Below are positions 9,597 through 19,142 of a stretch of 64,000 nucleotides of DNA, piece by piece. Where the stretch lies: the sequence record NC_048821.1; one strand, given 5' to 3'. Below the pieces are notes generated by a model, which saw only the letters and a list, made by a program, of their open reading frames with translations, made no database searches and was not told the DNA's origin. A program made the translations under genes and the position numbers. How positions within the stretch are numbered: position 1 is the first letter of the stretch; every line of letters begins with the position of its first letter.

Positions 9597-10019
9597 ATGG
9601 CTAAAGACTATATCGTAGGAACGATGTCCACACTAGGACATATTACAGAAGCTCCAGAGATTGCTATGGATCGTCATATCACCTATTGGTTTGCAGCACG
9701 CCGCAGTCAAGGGATGACGATTCTCCACACTAATTCTTTCGAATGGATTCTTAAAGAAGCACAAGGTAACCAACAACGAGTTGCGGATGATGTCCAAGCG
9801 GCATTAAAGAACCATTTTGAAGAACTCTTTCAGCGTGTTGAAGTCCAAACTTCCACCAAAGGGTTTACAAACGATCGTGACGGTCGTTTCCATCTTTATG
9901 TGCAAGTTTCTGTTCACCATGAAGGACAGTGGTACGATCTAGGTACTTCCGTCCAAGTATCAGGTGAAACCTTTAAACTTATTAATGAAGGACGCTTAAA
10001 TGCAAGAGCAAGAAATTAA
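9597..10019 (+). CDS. Conserved hypothetical protein, possibly gp25/baseplate-wedge-like fold
   Basis: ORF track start 9531 overlaps the terminator, so ATG 9597 is preferred (140 aa); fold guess is from size and helix-strand pattern only. Confidence 0.55.
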   Translation: MAKDYIVGTMSTLGHITEAPEIAMDRHITYWFAARRSQGMTILHTNSFEWILKEAQGNQQRVADDVQAALKNHFEELFQRVEVQTSTKGFTNDRDGRFHLYVQVSVHHEGQWYDLGTSVQVSGETFKLINEGRLNARARN

Positions 10020-10950
10020 AAAAGAAAATGAACCTGTTGCTGAAAACGTGGAACAGGTTGAAAGTACCGTAGTGGAAACGGATCAAACTTCTAGTGAAGT
10101 TGAAGAACTGGAAGACGACATCGTAGAGATCGCTGAGAATGACGAGTATCGTTATATTGAGCGTGTCGAAGTCAGCAACGATAAGCACAAAGCTCGTCTA
10201 AAAGAAGACTTCGGTTGGATCGGTGAACTTAAACTCATTAACATCGATGGTCAGATGACTCTCCAAGATCCTAACGGAAGTTACATTATCTCGGATACTC
10301 GTATCAAAGAGAGTGCTTTTGTACACCGTTGGTTGGATCAGTTTGCCTTAGGTTATGTGGGTAAAACTAACTATTTCGATGCCAGCGCTTGGGGTAAGAT
10401 CACACACGGACATCAACGTGGTGTAGTGGTCACTGACGACGAAGGCGAACCTATCTTCGTCATCCCACCTCTGTCACGCGCCCAATTCACCGCAGAAGAA
10501 CAGTACGTGTTAGACTTGGCACATAAGTCTTACACAAACGCGTCTTCGGCAGAGGAAACTGGTGATTCACACCGTGCGCAAGAAATCATCACTAATACGT
10601 CTAAGTTGATTAAAGACTACGTATCGGAAGATTCGATTACTCTGACAGATCTAATCCCTGAATGGTTCTACGCTAAGTACGGAGTTATCCCTTACGTAAA
10701 ACGTTCTATGGTTTATTGTCGTGACGTTTACGGACTCAACCCAGCCATTAAACTTGACTGGGAGATGGCCGAAAGCATCTTCACTGCTATCCATAACAAG
10801 CACAAGTTGACCGACCATCAGTTGACATTCATGGAAATTCTTACCGATGGTGAGTTCACCCCACCAGAGTACGAGCCGGTTGAAGACACAGGTAAACCGT
10901 CACTAGAGGGACCATCTAACAGCGAGGACTTTGATCCGTTTGAAAACTAA
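10000..10950 (+). CDS. Conserved hypothetical protein with acidic termini
   Basis: 316 aa; overlaps the upstream stop; ends EDFDPFEN. Confidence 0.7.
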   Translation: MQEQEIKKENEPVAENVEQVESTVVETDQTSSEVEELEDDIVEIAENDEYRYIERVEVSNDKHKARLKEDFGWIGELKLINIDGQMTLQDPNGSYIISDTRIKESAFVHRWLDQFALGYVGKTNYFDASAWGKITHGHQRGVVVTDDEGEPIFVIPPLSRAQFTAEEQYVLDLAHKSYTNASSAEETGDSHRAQEIITNTSKLIKDYVSEDSITLTDLIPEWFYAKYGVIPYVKRSMVYCRDVYGLNPAIKLDWEMAESIFTAIHNKHKLTDHQLTFMEILTDGEFTPPEYEPVEDTGKPSLEGPSNSEDFDPFEN

Positions 10951-10970
10951 TTACCTGGACTATTAATATC

Positions 10971-12095
10971 ATGCAAAATAACCACTTATTCGGGTTATGG
11001 TTTAGTGATCAACACACTTTACATAGTAAAACCCCGACCAACCATATACTGTACAACGCCTCTCAATTTTTGACGCGGAGTCATAATTTAGAAGAAGTGG
11101 ATATCGTTGTATTCGGTGGAGACTTTTATGAGCGTTTGGTCGACGCTTCTCACCCAGACATGCGCTTAACCCAACATTGGATACGGAACTTCTTATTGGA
11201 CTGTTTGAAGCACAACGTGATTGTGAGGGTGCTTGAAGGTACATCTTCCCATGACCGTGAACAGCCTGAGAACTTCGTTGTACAATGCCCTGATGGTTTG
11301 GACTTGAAATGGGTGAAAGAACTCTCTTACGAATACATCGAAGCATTAGGTATTGACGTCTTTTATGTTCCAGACAATATGGGTAGTTTATCCCCTGATG
11401 TTATCTGGGATAAGACCTTGGAGATTCTGAGTGCCAATGGAAAGAAAGAAGTGGATTACGTCTTCTTCCACGGTGCTTTTGAATACCAAATTCCCCTTAA
11501 GTTTAGTAAACACTCACATTCCGAAACCCGGTGGCAGTCTATCGTGAGGCGTCATTTGTTTGCGGGGCACGTTCATAAACCTTCCGAATACGGAAAGATT
11601 CGAGTCAGTGGTTCTTTTGACCGACTCAATCATGGTGAGGAGCATGCCAAAGGCGGTTACGAATTCTGGTGGGATCCGGAAAGTGATTGGTGTGAAACTA
11701 AGTTTTGGGAGAATAAAAACGCCCTACCTTACTATCGTGTGTTACAGCATCCGGATGACACTAACGAAGATTTGTTGGATAAAGTCAATCGCTTGATAAA
11801 GTTGAAGAATCCCATCCCTAAAAGTAGGATTCAAATACGTGGTAAGAATGGGGCGTTAATCAAAGGTGTGGCAGAGTACCTCAAAGGCACCTATGCAGAT
11901 TACTTCTTTGACGTTGATACGTCATCACAAATGGAGAAAATGATTTCTCCTGATACTGTGAACGATTTAACCTACGAAGGGGTATCCTTAACTAAAGATA
12001 ACTTCTCCGAACACCTCCGTCAGTACATGATCGAAGAAATGACCGATCAAAACCTAATAGAGGGTTCGTTGGAATTATTGGAGGAATTCTTATGA
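10971..12095 (+). CDS. sbcD: Mre11/SbcD-type metallophosphoesterase nuclease
   Basis: Motifs FSDQH, GGDFYE, GTSSHD, FHG, GHVH, GSFDR. Confidence 0.85.
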   Translation: MQNNHLFGLWFSDQHTLHSKTPTNHILYNASQFLTRSHNLEEVDIVVFGGDFYERLVDASHPDMRLTQHWIRNFLLDCLKHNVIVRVLEGTSSHDREQPENFVVQCPDGLDLKWVKELSYEYIEALGIDVFYVPDNMGSLSPDVIWDKTLEILSANGKKEVDYVFFHGAFEYQIPLKFSKHSHSETRWQSIVRRHLFAGHVHKPSEYGKIRVSGSFDRLNHGEEHAKGGYEFWWDPESDWCETKFWENKNALPYYRVLQHPDDTNEDLLDKVNRLIKLKNPIPKSRIQIRGKNGALIKGVAEYLKGTYADYFFDVDTSSQMEKMISPDTVNDLTYEGVSLTKDNFSEHLRQYMIEEMTDQNLIEGSLELLEEFL

Positions 12096-12889
12096 GAGAT
12101 TTAGGTGAAGTGTATGCGATGTCGATAGGCACCGCACAAGCCTTTGAGGGTGAGGAGGGTAAACACGCCATTCCCAACGCTGACTCATTTTTGATTAACT
12201 TACGTACCTTAGTTCGGAATGCTCATGGTGCGTATAGTAAAGACGACCCACAAATCAATGATGTGGATGCATTAAAGAAAGCGGTACTGGAGGACATCAA
12301 AGAGATCGCGAGAGCGCTTACGGTGATCTCCCCGCGTTCTACAATGAACATAGAAATTTATTACCCGACGTATAAGTCATTGGGACAAAAGTTTCCTAAA
12401 GCGTCCATTTGGGAACCTAAGACTGAGAAACAAAAAGCTCTACATGGTCTGCATGAAAAAGTGGCAAAAGCTTTTATTAAAGACCATAAAGAGTTGGTTA
12501 CCAACACCGACTGTGGGATGCCTGCCTTTAAAGGTAAGGGTTTGGTTATCACACACCACCCGGTGGATTTGACTTTAACGGATGGTTGGGGGCGTTTATC
12601 TTTATTGGAGACCCACTCAGGGGTAGTGAAACCATATCTGTTATGGAACACAAAACTCACTGGTGGTGAAACCGCTAATTACAACATCCCCCTTAACCGA
12701 ATGACTATACAAGTCTTCGGAGATAAATCAGTCAACTTCCTAGGACAAAACCAAGCGATTAAGAAGTTGGTTCGTGATCTTGCTGTCAAAGCAGGATGGA
12801 CATCAGCGACCACCCCTCAACGATGTCGTAGTTCTATCAATACTTATTTAACGGGTGTTGATAAAGACGGACTGTTACTTTTCTGGTAA
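12092..12889 (+). CDS. Conserved protein, possibly a divergent PIN/FEN-like 5-prime nuclease
   Basis: 265 aa; ATGA overlap with sbcD; DSFLINLRTLVRN, YYPTY, THHPVDL and FGD pattern resembles the FEN/RNase H fold (inference). Confidence 0.45.
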   Translation: MRDLGEVYAMSIGTAQAFEGEEGKHAIPNADSFLINLRTLVRNAHGAYSKDDPQINDVDALKKAVLEDIKEIARALTVISPRSTMNIEIYYPTYKSLGQKFPKASIWEPKTEKQKALHGLHEKVAKAFIKDHKELVTNTDCGMPAFKGKGLVITHHPVDLTLTDGWGRLSLLETHSGVVKPYLLWNTKLTGGETANYNIPLNRMTIQVFGDKSVNFLGQNQAIKKLVRDLAVKAGWTSATTPQRCRSSINTYLTGVDKDGLLLFW

Positions 12890-12965
12890 GTCCTAACCTT
12901 GGTGTACTATTATTAGTACAAAAGACACTTTTTAACTAATTCAAATTTTTAAGGCAGGAACCTTT

Positions 12966-13688
12966 ATGTCTCAATCAAACGGCAACGCACGTGTAAAAAC
13001 TCCACTGAACGATTTCTACGCAGTACATCCAACAACAGCACAACCAGTGGAAGGTGCGAAGTTCCCAGGTCAAATGCTTTGGGAAATTGCTAACAACGGC
13101 AAGATTCTTTTTAAAGCGGATGATAAACGTTACAACCCTAACGATCAGCAAGCGTACAAAAAGAAAGAATGTGAAATGGATCCTTCTGACCGTAACATGA
13201 TCTTCGAATTGCTACTAGAAGCAGCTAACGACGAGAACTTCACTAAAGGTCAGTACGCGGTTAAGAAGTACGCCTTCGTTCGTCAAAACGGTCAGTCTAA
13301 GCTTTCAGACCAACCTATCACTCAAGGTCAGTTCACAGTTATTCGTGATCAGAACGGTGTTATCTCGATGGGTTACACTCGTGGCGACTACAAAGTTCTA
13401 TTTACGTTTACTGCTCCGGGTCACTCTGAACTACGTTTCTTTGAAAACGGTGAGTGGGTAACTCGTGAAGGCAAGATGTCTCAAATGTGGGTTCGTTCTT
13501 ACGTGAAGCGTATGGGTGGTATTCTTAACACCAAAGATATGGAAGTATATCAGCCACCTAAACCTAAGAACGGCGGTAGCTGGAACAACAACGGCGGTGG
13601 TAACAAAGGCGGTAACGGCGGCGGTAACGGCGGTTGGGGTGACAACAACTCTGGCGGCGGCGATAACTTTGACGACATCGAATTCTAA
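12966..13688 (+). CDS. chmC: ChmC-like nucleic-acid-binding protein with G/N-rich tail and SSB-like acidic tip
   Basis: 240 aa immediately upstream of the gp68-like subunit (ChmC synteny); C-terminal GGSWNNNGGGNKGGNGGGNGGWGDNNSGGGDNFDDIEF; high-expression codons. Confidence 0.6.
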   Translation: MSQSNGNARVKTPLNDFYAVHPTTAQPVEGAKFPGQMLWEIANNGKILFKADDKRYNPNDQQAYKKKECEMDPSDRNMIFELLLEAANDENFTKGQYAVKKYAFVRQNGQSKLSDQPITQGQFTVIRDQNGVISMGYTRGDYKVLFTFTAPGHSELRFFENGEWVTREGKMSQMWVRSYVKRMGGILNTKDMEVYQPPKPKNGGSWNNNGGGNKGGNGGGNGGWGDNNSGGGDNFDDIEF

Positions 13689-13699
13689 TAAGTAATTCC

Positions 13700-13728
13700 G
13701 AAGAGGGGCTTCGGCTCCTCTTCCTCTT
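13700..13728 (+). terminator. Intrinsic terminator
   Basis: GAAGAGGGGC-TTCG-GCTCCTCTTC hairpin. Confidence 0.65.
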
Positions 13729-13744
13729 ATGCTGCCGTTAAATT

Positions 13745-13770
13745 ATTTCAAACCTACATTATCTTAGGGT
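13745..13770 (+). promoter_or_regulatory. Putative early promoter
   Basis: ATTTCAAACCTACATTATCTTAGGGT, a degenerate match to the motif. Confidence 0.55.
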
Positions 13771-13789
13771 AATCCATAGGAGATAAATC

Positions 13790-15364
13790 ATGGAATTCCA
13801 CATTACCAATAAGACCCGTTCCCAGTTTAAAGGGATTGCGGTAATCCATAAAGGGGAGACGATTAATTTCGCAGCCCACAGTAAGATCCATTGCGGTGAT
13901 TCTGAAGGTGACCTCTTTATTCATGTGAATGAATATTTCCAGTCGGTACCTGAATCACGTCTGGATAAGATATTTGATGTATTCAAGCGTGCCAAAGCAA
14001 TATTGGAACCAGATTACGGAGAAACTCTAGGAAAAGATGATGAACTGTTACGTAACCATCGAGACTATCGTTACATAGTAGATCGTTTGATTCCTTTGGT
14101 GCGTGAATTATACAAACATGTCGACTTGCGTAACTACACTTACTACTTGAAGCAGTCTGGTGTTTGCGCTCCACCTCCAGGTTTACGAGAAACCGTAGCT
14201 CGTGGTGAGTATCACGCTGAGCAAACCATTAACCCTACCGAGTATGAACAAGTCGCCGAGCTCGCTTTATTAATGCGTCCTAGTTTTCCGATCATTTCGG
14301 GCATGATGCAAAAAGCCAAAGAGATCACAGGTGATGAGTACAAAGAAGTAGTGACTTCTGGTTTGTTTAAGGACTTCGACGTGTTCACCAACCATCACGG
14401 TTGGATTAAGATTCGTAATTACATGAATTACTTCTATTCAACAAATGGTGTGAACTCGCTCCAGTTGTCGTTGATCTCAGAAGACTCATATGTGAACCAC
14501 GCGTTTTATTCAGCACTGTTCAGTCGCTTGGGGTCTACCCACATCCCTTCACTGGACAATAGTAAGAACATCGCCAAATCGCTGTATTCGGTGGCTAAGC
14601 AGTTCTCCGCACCTTCGTCTCGTATTCGTGAGAAGAAACTCACTACAAAAGACGAGATGAATGAAAAGCGCAGTCTTTACGAAATCTACTTCCTAAAAGA
14701 AGAAGTCAGTTCTGCGGATGAAGAAGCGCACGCTGAATTTTTCTCAATGGGATTATTTGATTGCCAAGATAACCCTAAAACTAAAGATCGTTTTGACTGT
14801 CCTTGTTTAGGTCTTCGTATCCAACGTCCTGATTTAGTAGAATGGGTGTATGACCAAATTCCAAGTAACTGGGAGTTTGAGTTACAACCACACATCTATA
14901 CACTACTTCAGCTTACGTTCCAAGAAGATATTTCTTACAACATCTATTTGTCACTGGACCACTATCAATTGATGGCGGCAATGTCACTAGCCACAGTAAA
15001 ACTCCACGAGATGGGGTATTCTAAGTTAGCAACTTTGGTTTGTACAGTTTACGACGAGTCACAACCTCGTAGTTTAACTGATGAGATCTTCTCATTAGAC
15101 ACCAGTGAAAAAGAAATGTTGGAATCGATTTGTGCAGTCTACCGTGGTCAGTCAGGTCTAAGCACTGATAACGAAGCGGTAATCGCTGCTAACGACTTCT
15201 TACGTGGGCTCGGTAATGGGCAATGGTCTTCTATCATTGAACCGGGTATGTTGGGGGATCCAGAAATCATGCGTAACGCTGACCAAGGTGACCTATTTGA
15301 AGTCGAATTGGATCGCAGTCTCAAGACTGAGTTCCTCAACCTAGTTAAAGAAGTGAGTTCTTAA
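13790..15364 (+). CDS. nvRNAP sigma-like promoter-specificity subunit (phiKZ gp68-like)
   Basis: 524 aa; position between the ChmC-like and PicA-like genes and size match gp68; GGAG RBS. Confidence 0.7.
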   Translation: MEFHITNKTRSQFKGIAVIHKGETINFAAHSKIHCGDSEGDLFIHVNEYFQSVPESRLDKIFDVFKRAKAILEPDYGETLGKDDELLRNHRDYRYIVDRLIPLVRELYKHVDLRNYTYYLKQSGVCAPPPGLRETVARGEYHAEQTINPTEYEQVAELALLMRPSFPIISGMMQKAKEITGDEYKEVVTSGLFKDFDVFTNHHGWIKIRNYMNYFYSTNGVNSLQLSLISEDSYVNHAFYSALFSRLGSTHIPSLDNSKNIAKSLYSVAKQFSAPSSRIREKKLTTKDEMNEKRSLYEIYFLKEEVSSADEEAHAEFFSMGLFDCQDNPKTKDRFDCPCLGLRIQRPDLVEWVYDQIPSNWEFELQPHIYTLLQLTFQEDISYNIYLSLDHYQLMAAMSLATVKLHEMGYSKLATLVCTVYDESQPRSLTDEIFSLDTSEKEMLESICAVYRGQSGLSTDNEAVIAANDFLRGLGNGQWSSIIEPGMLGDPEIMRNADQGDLFEVELDRSLKTEFLNLVKEVSS

Positions 15365-15420
15365 TCACTTCACCTTTTTTATTATCATTAAACGTTTAAA
15401 CGAATTAAGGAAACCCATCC

Positions 15421-16902
15421 ATGGCTACACTAACTCTTACTCAAGCAACTATCGGTCTTTCCAGCATGTACCAAGACCACTACTTGCGTGCTCACTCTTT
15501 GAACCTATCGGCTGGTGATGCAAACCAATTACTTGCTGGTCGTCTAGGTAACACTAACCGTGTTGCACCAACTGATTTGCATGACATTGCGTCTCGCTCT
15601 GGCGGCGTTGCAACCCAAGCCGGAGGTGTGGCTAACGTTGAAGATGGTTGGGCTACAGCACGTGGACTAGCGAGCCTAGAGTTTGCTATTGAAGGAGCTT
15701 CACCAATCATGCAACAAAGCCTCACCGTCTACGGTTACATGTACGGTGGCTCACCTGCGCACACTGGCGGAGCTTTACCAGAAGACGCGATGTTTGTCCC
15801 TGTTCGCATGTGGATGGTAGAAACAAGCATCGCAACAGATCACACCGGCTTCCCAATGGAGACTCGTCAAATGAGTCAATCCGGCACTTACTTGATGAAC
15901 GATCCTAACTCTGTCGGTGGTGTTGACGGACTACACACCATTCGACCAATGGACGTAATCAACTCGGCGTCAGCTCTAGCTGCGTTTGACGAAGATGATC
16001 AACCTGCGGGTATGCTTGATGGTTTCGGTGGTTCTTCTGGTGGCATGCTAGCAACAGCGGGCATGAACATCTCTAAAGCGAATAACTCCTCTACTGTGGA
16101 TTACGCGGCTAAGATTCTGGGTGCAGCTACCATGGCTTCATTTGAGAATGAAATGCGTGGTGACCGATTTGAAGCTATCTCATCTGCCACCGGCATGAGT
16201 ACTATCAAAGAAGTATCTCTAGAAGACAACCCATTCATCCGTGTAATGCGTCGTCAACTAGGTCACGTAAACATGTGTAACTTCCGTGGCTTCACTATGA
16301 CTGAAATCGCGACAGTGTTTGAAAACTTCGGGCAAGTAACAAACGTTACTTTGACAGACCAAAGTGCGTTCAACGTAGTTGACCACCGTTATGACAAAGA
16401 CACGATGGGTGGTGCTAACTTCCAAACACTTATCGCGTCTGAACTAAACAACATCGGTAACGCGGTGATGGATGCTCATCGTCTTTCTTACATCCACATT
16501 CGTGCAACCAATGACGTTCAACAAAACGGCGGTCAAGTGTTAGTTAATGACTTACCGGTTATGTACCAATTAGGTCAGTCAGCACCATTGGTTAACAAAG
16601 ACCCAGATTGGCAGTACAATGCTACCGCAGCAGTAGAGAACCTTATTTACCAATTCTACTCTAAGTACAACGCACCAGTTATCCATGACCGCATGATTGT
16701 GGATATTGAACTACAACTGTCACTGTTTGGTGAATCACATGTCACAGTAACCATCAATGGTGAACGTGATAAACCACACTCAGAAGTGTTCGGTACTATG
16801 GCGGGTAACCGCTTTGACCCTACGCTAGTAAGCAACCAAGGACTGAATCAATCCGTTACCGGTTTCTACAGCAACTTGAAAGAATACATGAACTTCCAAT
16901 AA
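15421..16902 (+). CDS. picA: PicA/Imp1-like nuclear import factor (phiKZ gp69-like)
   Basis: 493 aa directly after the gp68-like gene, matching conserved Chimalliviridae order; assignment is by synteny and size. Confidence 0.65.
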   Translation: MATLTLTQATIGLSSMYQDHYLRAHSLNLSAGDANQLLAGRLGNTNRVAPTDLHDIASRSGGVATQAGGVANVEDGWATARGLASLEFAIEGASPIMQQSLTVYGYMYGGSPAHTGGALPEDAMFVPVRMWMVETSIATDHTGFPMETRQMSQSGTYLMNDPNSVGGVDGLHTIRPMDVINSASALAAFDEDDQPAGMLDGFGGSSGGMLATAGMNISKANNSSTVDYAAKILGAATMASFENEMRGDRFEAISSATGMSTIKEVSLEDNPFIRVMRRQLGHVNMCNFRGFTMTEIATVFENFGQVTNVTLTDQSAFNVVDHRYDKDTMGGANFQTLIASELNNIGNAVMDAHRLSYIHIRATNDVQQNGGQVLVNDLPVMYQLGQSAPLVNKDPDWQYNATAAVENLIYQFYSKYNAPVIHDRMIVDIELQLSLFGESHVTVTINGERDKPHSEVFGTMAGNRFDPTLVSNQGLNQSVTGFYSNLKEYMNFQ

Positions 16903-16987
16903 ACTCCGTACCGTGGGGGAGAAGTGCACGTCAAACCCACGGTTAAACTCACTATCAATATTGATCAATATTAAAGGAAATTTCCTG

Positions 16988-18403
16988 ATGAATGAATTAA
17001 ATAAATTGTACGTAGCTATCACTCGTACTTGGAATGCAAACCATGATGACATGGGTAAGTTGCAACTGGAACTTGACGGTAACTCGTACCCTATCACTTT
17101 GGACGGAATGGATGTTTACCTGCCATTCAACGAAGCACTAGAAGGCGATACTTCCGATAAAGTGTTCTTCCACCCTGGTTGTGAATCAATCATTTCTAAA
17201 GAAACGGAAATCTTCCGTATCATTCGTAAACTTGCAGGTCTCCAACTGCTGACTCACTTTAAGAAGTTTGCACCAGTGTTGTTCGACATTGCAAACAAGA
17301 AAGCTAAACGCGGTCTACGTAATGATTTGTTAGAACGCATTGAAGTGATTAAAGCAGCTAAAGCAGCCCACCGCAAAGAAGTAGCGGTACTGTTTGATCA
17401 CATGGCTGTGGAGATGGAAGACGATAACTTAGATCGTCGCTTTGTACACTTCGACATCAAACGCGGTGGTCGTAGTAAGTTGACAGGTGACAAGATCTAT
17501 TACAGCTGTAAACCTATCTTCCCGTTCTACAATGAGTTGGTGCGTCGTCTAACTCGTACTGAAGGTGAAGCGGCTAATAAACCAGTTAAGATTCTTGGTA
17601 AAGAGTTTTCTCGTGGTGCGTTAGTAGTGGCTGAAGAAATCTTCCGCTTCGTGCTTCCTGGTGTAGAAGACCCGTTGGCGTATGAGCAAGAGCAAACATC
17701 AGCAGAAGCTGCTCGTTTCTCTGTATTGGTGAATACTTACGTGTCAATGATCAGTGACATGAACAACCTACAAAACACGTTCCGTGCGGAGTTTGATAAA
17801 GTAGGGGTTTATGAGATCGATACATCATTCACTACTATGTTGGAAGACATTGATGTTATCTATAAGCAAGTTCCTCCAATGCCATACAACTCTCAATCTA
17901 GTGGTTCAGAAACAGTTAAAGCAGAGATTCAAAATCAACAGATGGTTAGCGGCCTAATGAACCAAACGTCAACCACAACCGGAACTACTGCAAACGTTAA
18001 CCCTACTAACCACGTAGGTGCGACCACAACCGAGCAAACCATGGGTGATGTAAGCAACGGTTACGCGGCGTTGGTGCAAGCTTCCCTATTACCGGGTGAA
18101 ACTTGGGTAGGTGTAACACAGGACCCAGCTACTGGTCATTATGTTCACACCATTCAATCCCCTAATGGACCAGCTCAAATCCGTTACACGCGCCAAGGTA
18201 ACTTCTTGAGCCGAGAGTCAAGCATGGCACCTAACATGGGTATGATGAACGGCATGATGAACTACGGCTACGGCATGAACCAAGCACAATACGCAGCGAT
18301 GCTAAGTGGTCATATGAACCCTGCTATTCAACAACAACCTACTAGCTACGACACAGTTACTCCTAGCTACCACCCAGTAACTGAATCAGCAACAACTTGG
18401 TAA
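16988..18403 (+). CDS. Conserved nucleus-associated protein (phiKZ gp70-like) with low-complexity C-terminus
   Basis: ATG 16988 with AAAGGAAA RBS (471 aa); T/N/Q/M/G-rich tail. Confidence 0.6.
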   Translation: MNELNKLYVAITRTWNANHDDMGKLQLELDGNSYPITLDGMDVYLPFNEALEGDTSDKVFFHPGCESIISKETEIFRIIRKLAGLQLLTHFKKFAPVLFDIANKKAKRGLRNDLLERIEVIKAAKAAHRKEVAVLFDHMAVEMEDDNLDRRFVHFDIKRGGRSKLTGDKIYYSCKPIFPFYNELVRRLTRTEGEAANKPVKILGKEFSRGALVVAEEIFRFVLPGVEDPLAYEQEQTSAEAARFSVLVNTYVSMISDMNNLQNTFRAEFDKVGVYEIDTSFTTMLEDIDVIYKQVPPMPYNSQSSGSETVKAEIQNQQMVSGLMNQTSTTTGTTANVNPTNHVGATTTEQTMGDVSNGYAALVQASLLPGETWVGVTQDPATGHYVHTIQSPNGPAQIRYTRQGNFLSRESSMAPNMGMMNGMMNYGYGMNQAQYAAMLSGHMNPAIQQQPTSYDTVTPSYHPVTESATTW

Positions 18404-18408
18404 ACATT

Positions 18409-18442
18409 ATCCGGGGGTCTTAGGGCTCCCGGACTTTTATTT
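18409..18442 (+). terminator. Intrinsic terminator
   Basis: TCCGGGGGTC-TTAG-GGCTCCCGGA hairpin followed by CTTTTATTT. Confidence 0.7.
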
Positions 18443-18466
18443 AATTAACTTTTCGGAGATCAAAAC

Positions 18467-19090
18467 ATGTTTAGAAAGCTGAGTTCAGAAGAACTGCAAC
18501 ATATGAGTCCCAAGGACTTAGAGCGATACCAACTGGAATTAATGAAACACGAGAAATTCGATGTTGGTGAATATTTGGAACGCAACAAAGCTACCGACCG
18601 CACTCCTACCAAACCTCTTTATAGACCGTCTTTAGTCGATGAAGAAGTCCCAGAAAAAGGTTGGACAACATATGGCGTCGTGGCGTCTGAATTTACCAGC
18701 TTCAAAGATGTGACCATCGACGAAATAGTTAGTAAGGTAAAGGAGGAGTTAGCTCAAGGCGAGGTCTTAGGTGAAGTGGGTGCGAGACCTCCTTTAGAGT
18801 TCCACATGTATAAAGCGACACTCGAAGGTGTAAAGGGATACAAACAACTTATCCGTGGTCACTTCTCTTTAAAAGAGTCTCGTATCGGTTTCCGCATCAC
18901 TAATGTTAGACTAGGCCGCTCTGGAATTCACGTTGACTTTGTACCTCATGGACCACAAGCCGAACTCGTCCAACGTTGGATTGACGACCCTAAGGTTTCT
19001 TTCCGCTTTTATCCACGCCTGGGTTACAACACAGAACTTAAAGAAACGTTCATCTGTTTCGATTTGGATAAAGAAAACCTGATGCCTTAA
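18467..19090 (+). CDS. Hypothetical protein resembling a degenerate prohead-protease (T4 gp21 / phiKZ gp175) fold
   Basis: LGEVGARP...RITNVRL...FVPHGP...VSFRFYPR parallels LGELxHP...HxI...xxPxGP...FSxRS but lacks the His and Ser. Confidence 0.45.
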   Translation: MFRKLSSEELQHMSPKDLERYQLELMKHEKFDVGEYLERNKATDRTPTKPLYRPSLVDEEVPEKGWTTYGVVASEFTSFKDVTIDEIVSKVKEELAQGEVLGEVGARPPLEFHMYKATLEGVKGYKQLIRGHFSLKESRIGFRITNVRLGRSGIHVDFVPHGPQAELVQRWIDDPKVSFRFYPRLGYNTELKETFICFDLDKENLMP

Positions 19091-19097
19091 TAAACGC

Positions 19098-19123
19098 ACC
19101 CACTCCCAATTAAGGGAGTGGGT
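19098..19123. terminator. Bidirectional terminator between convergent genes
   Basis: ACCCACTCCC-AATTAA-GGGAGTGGGT. Confidence 0.7.
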
Positions 19124-19142
19124 ACGAATTACTTTTTAATTT

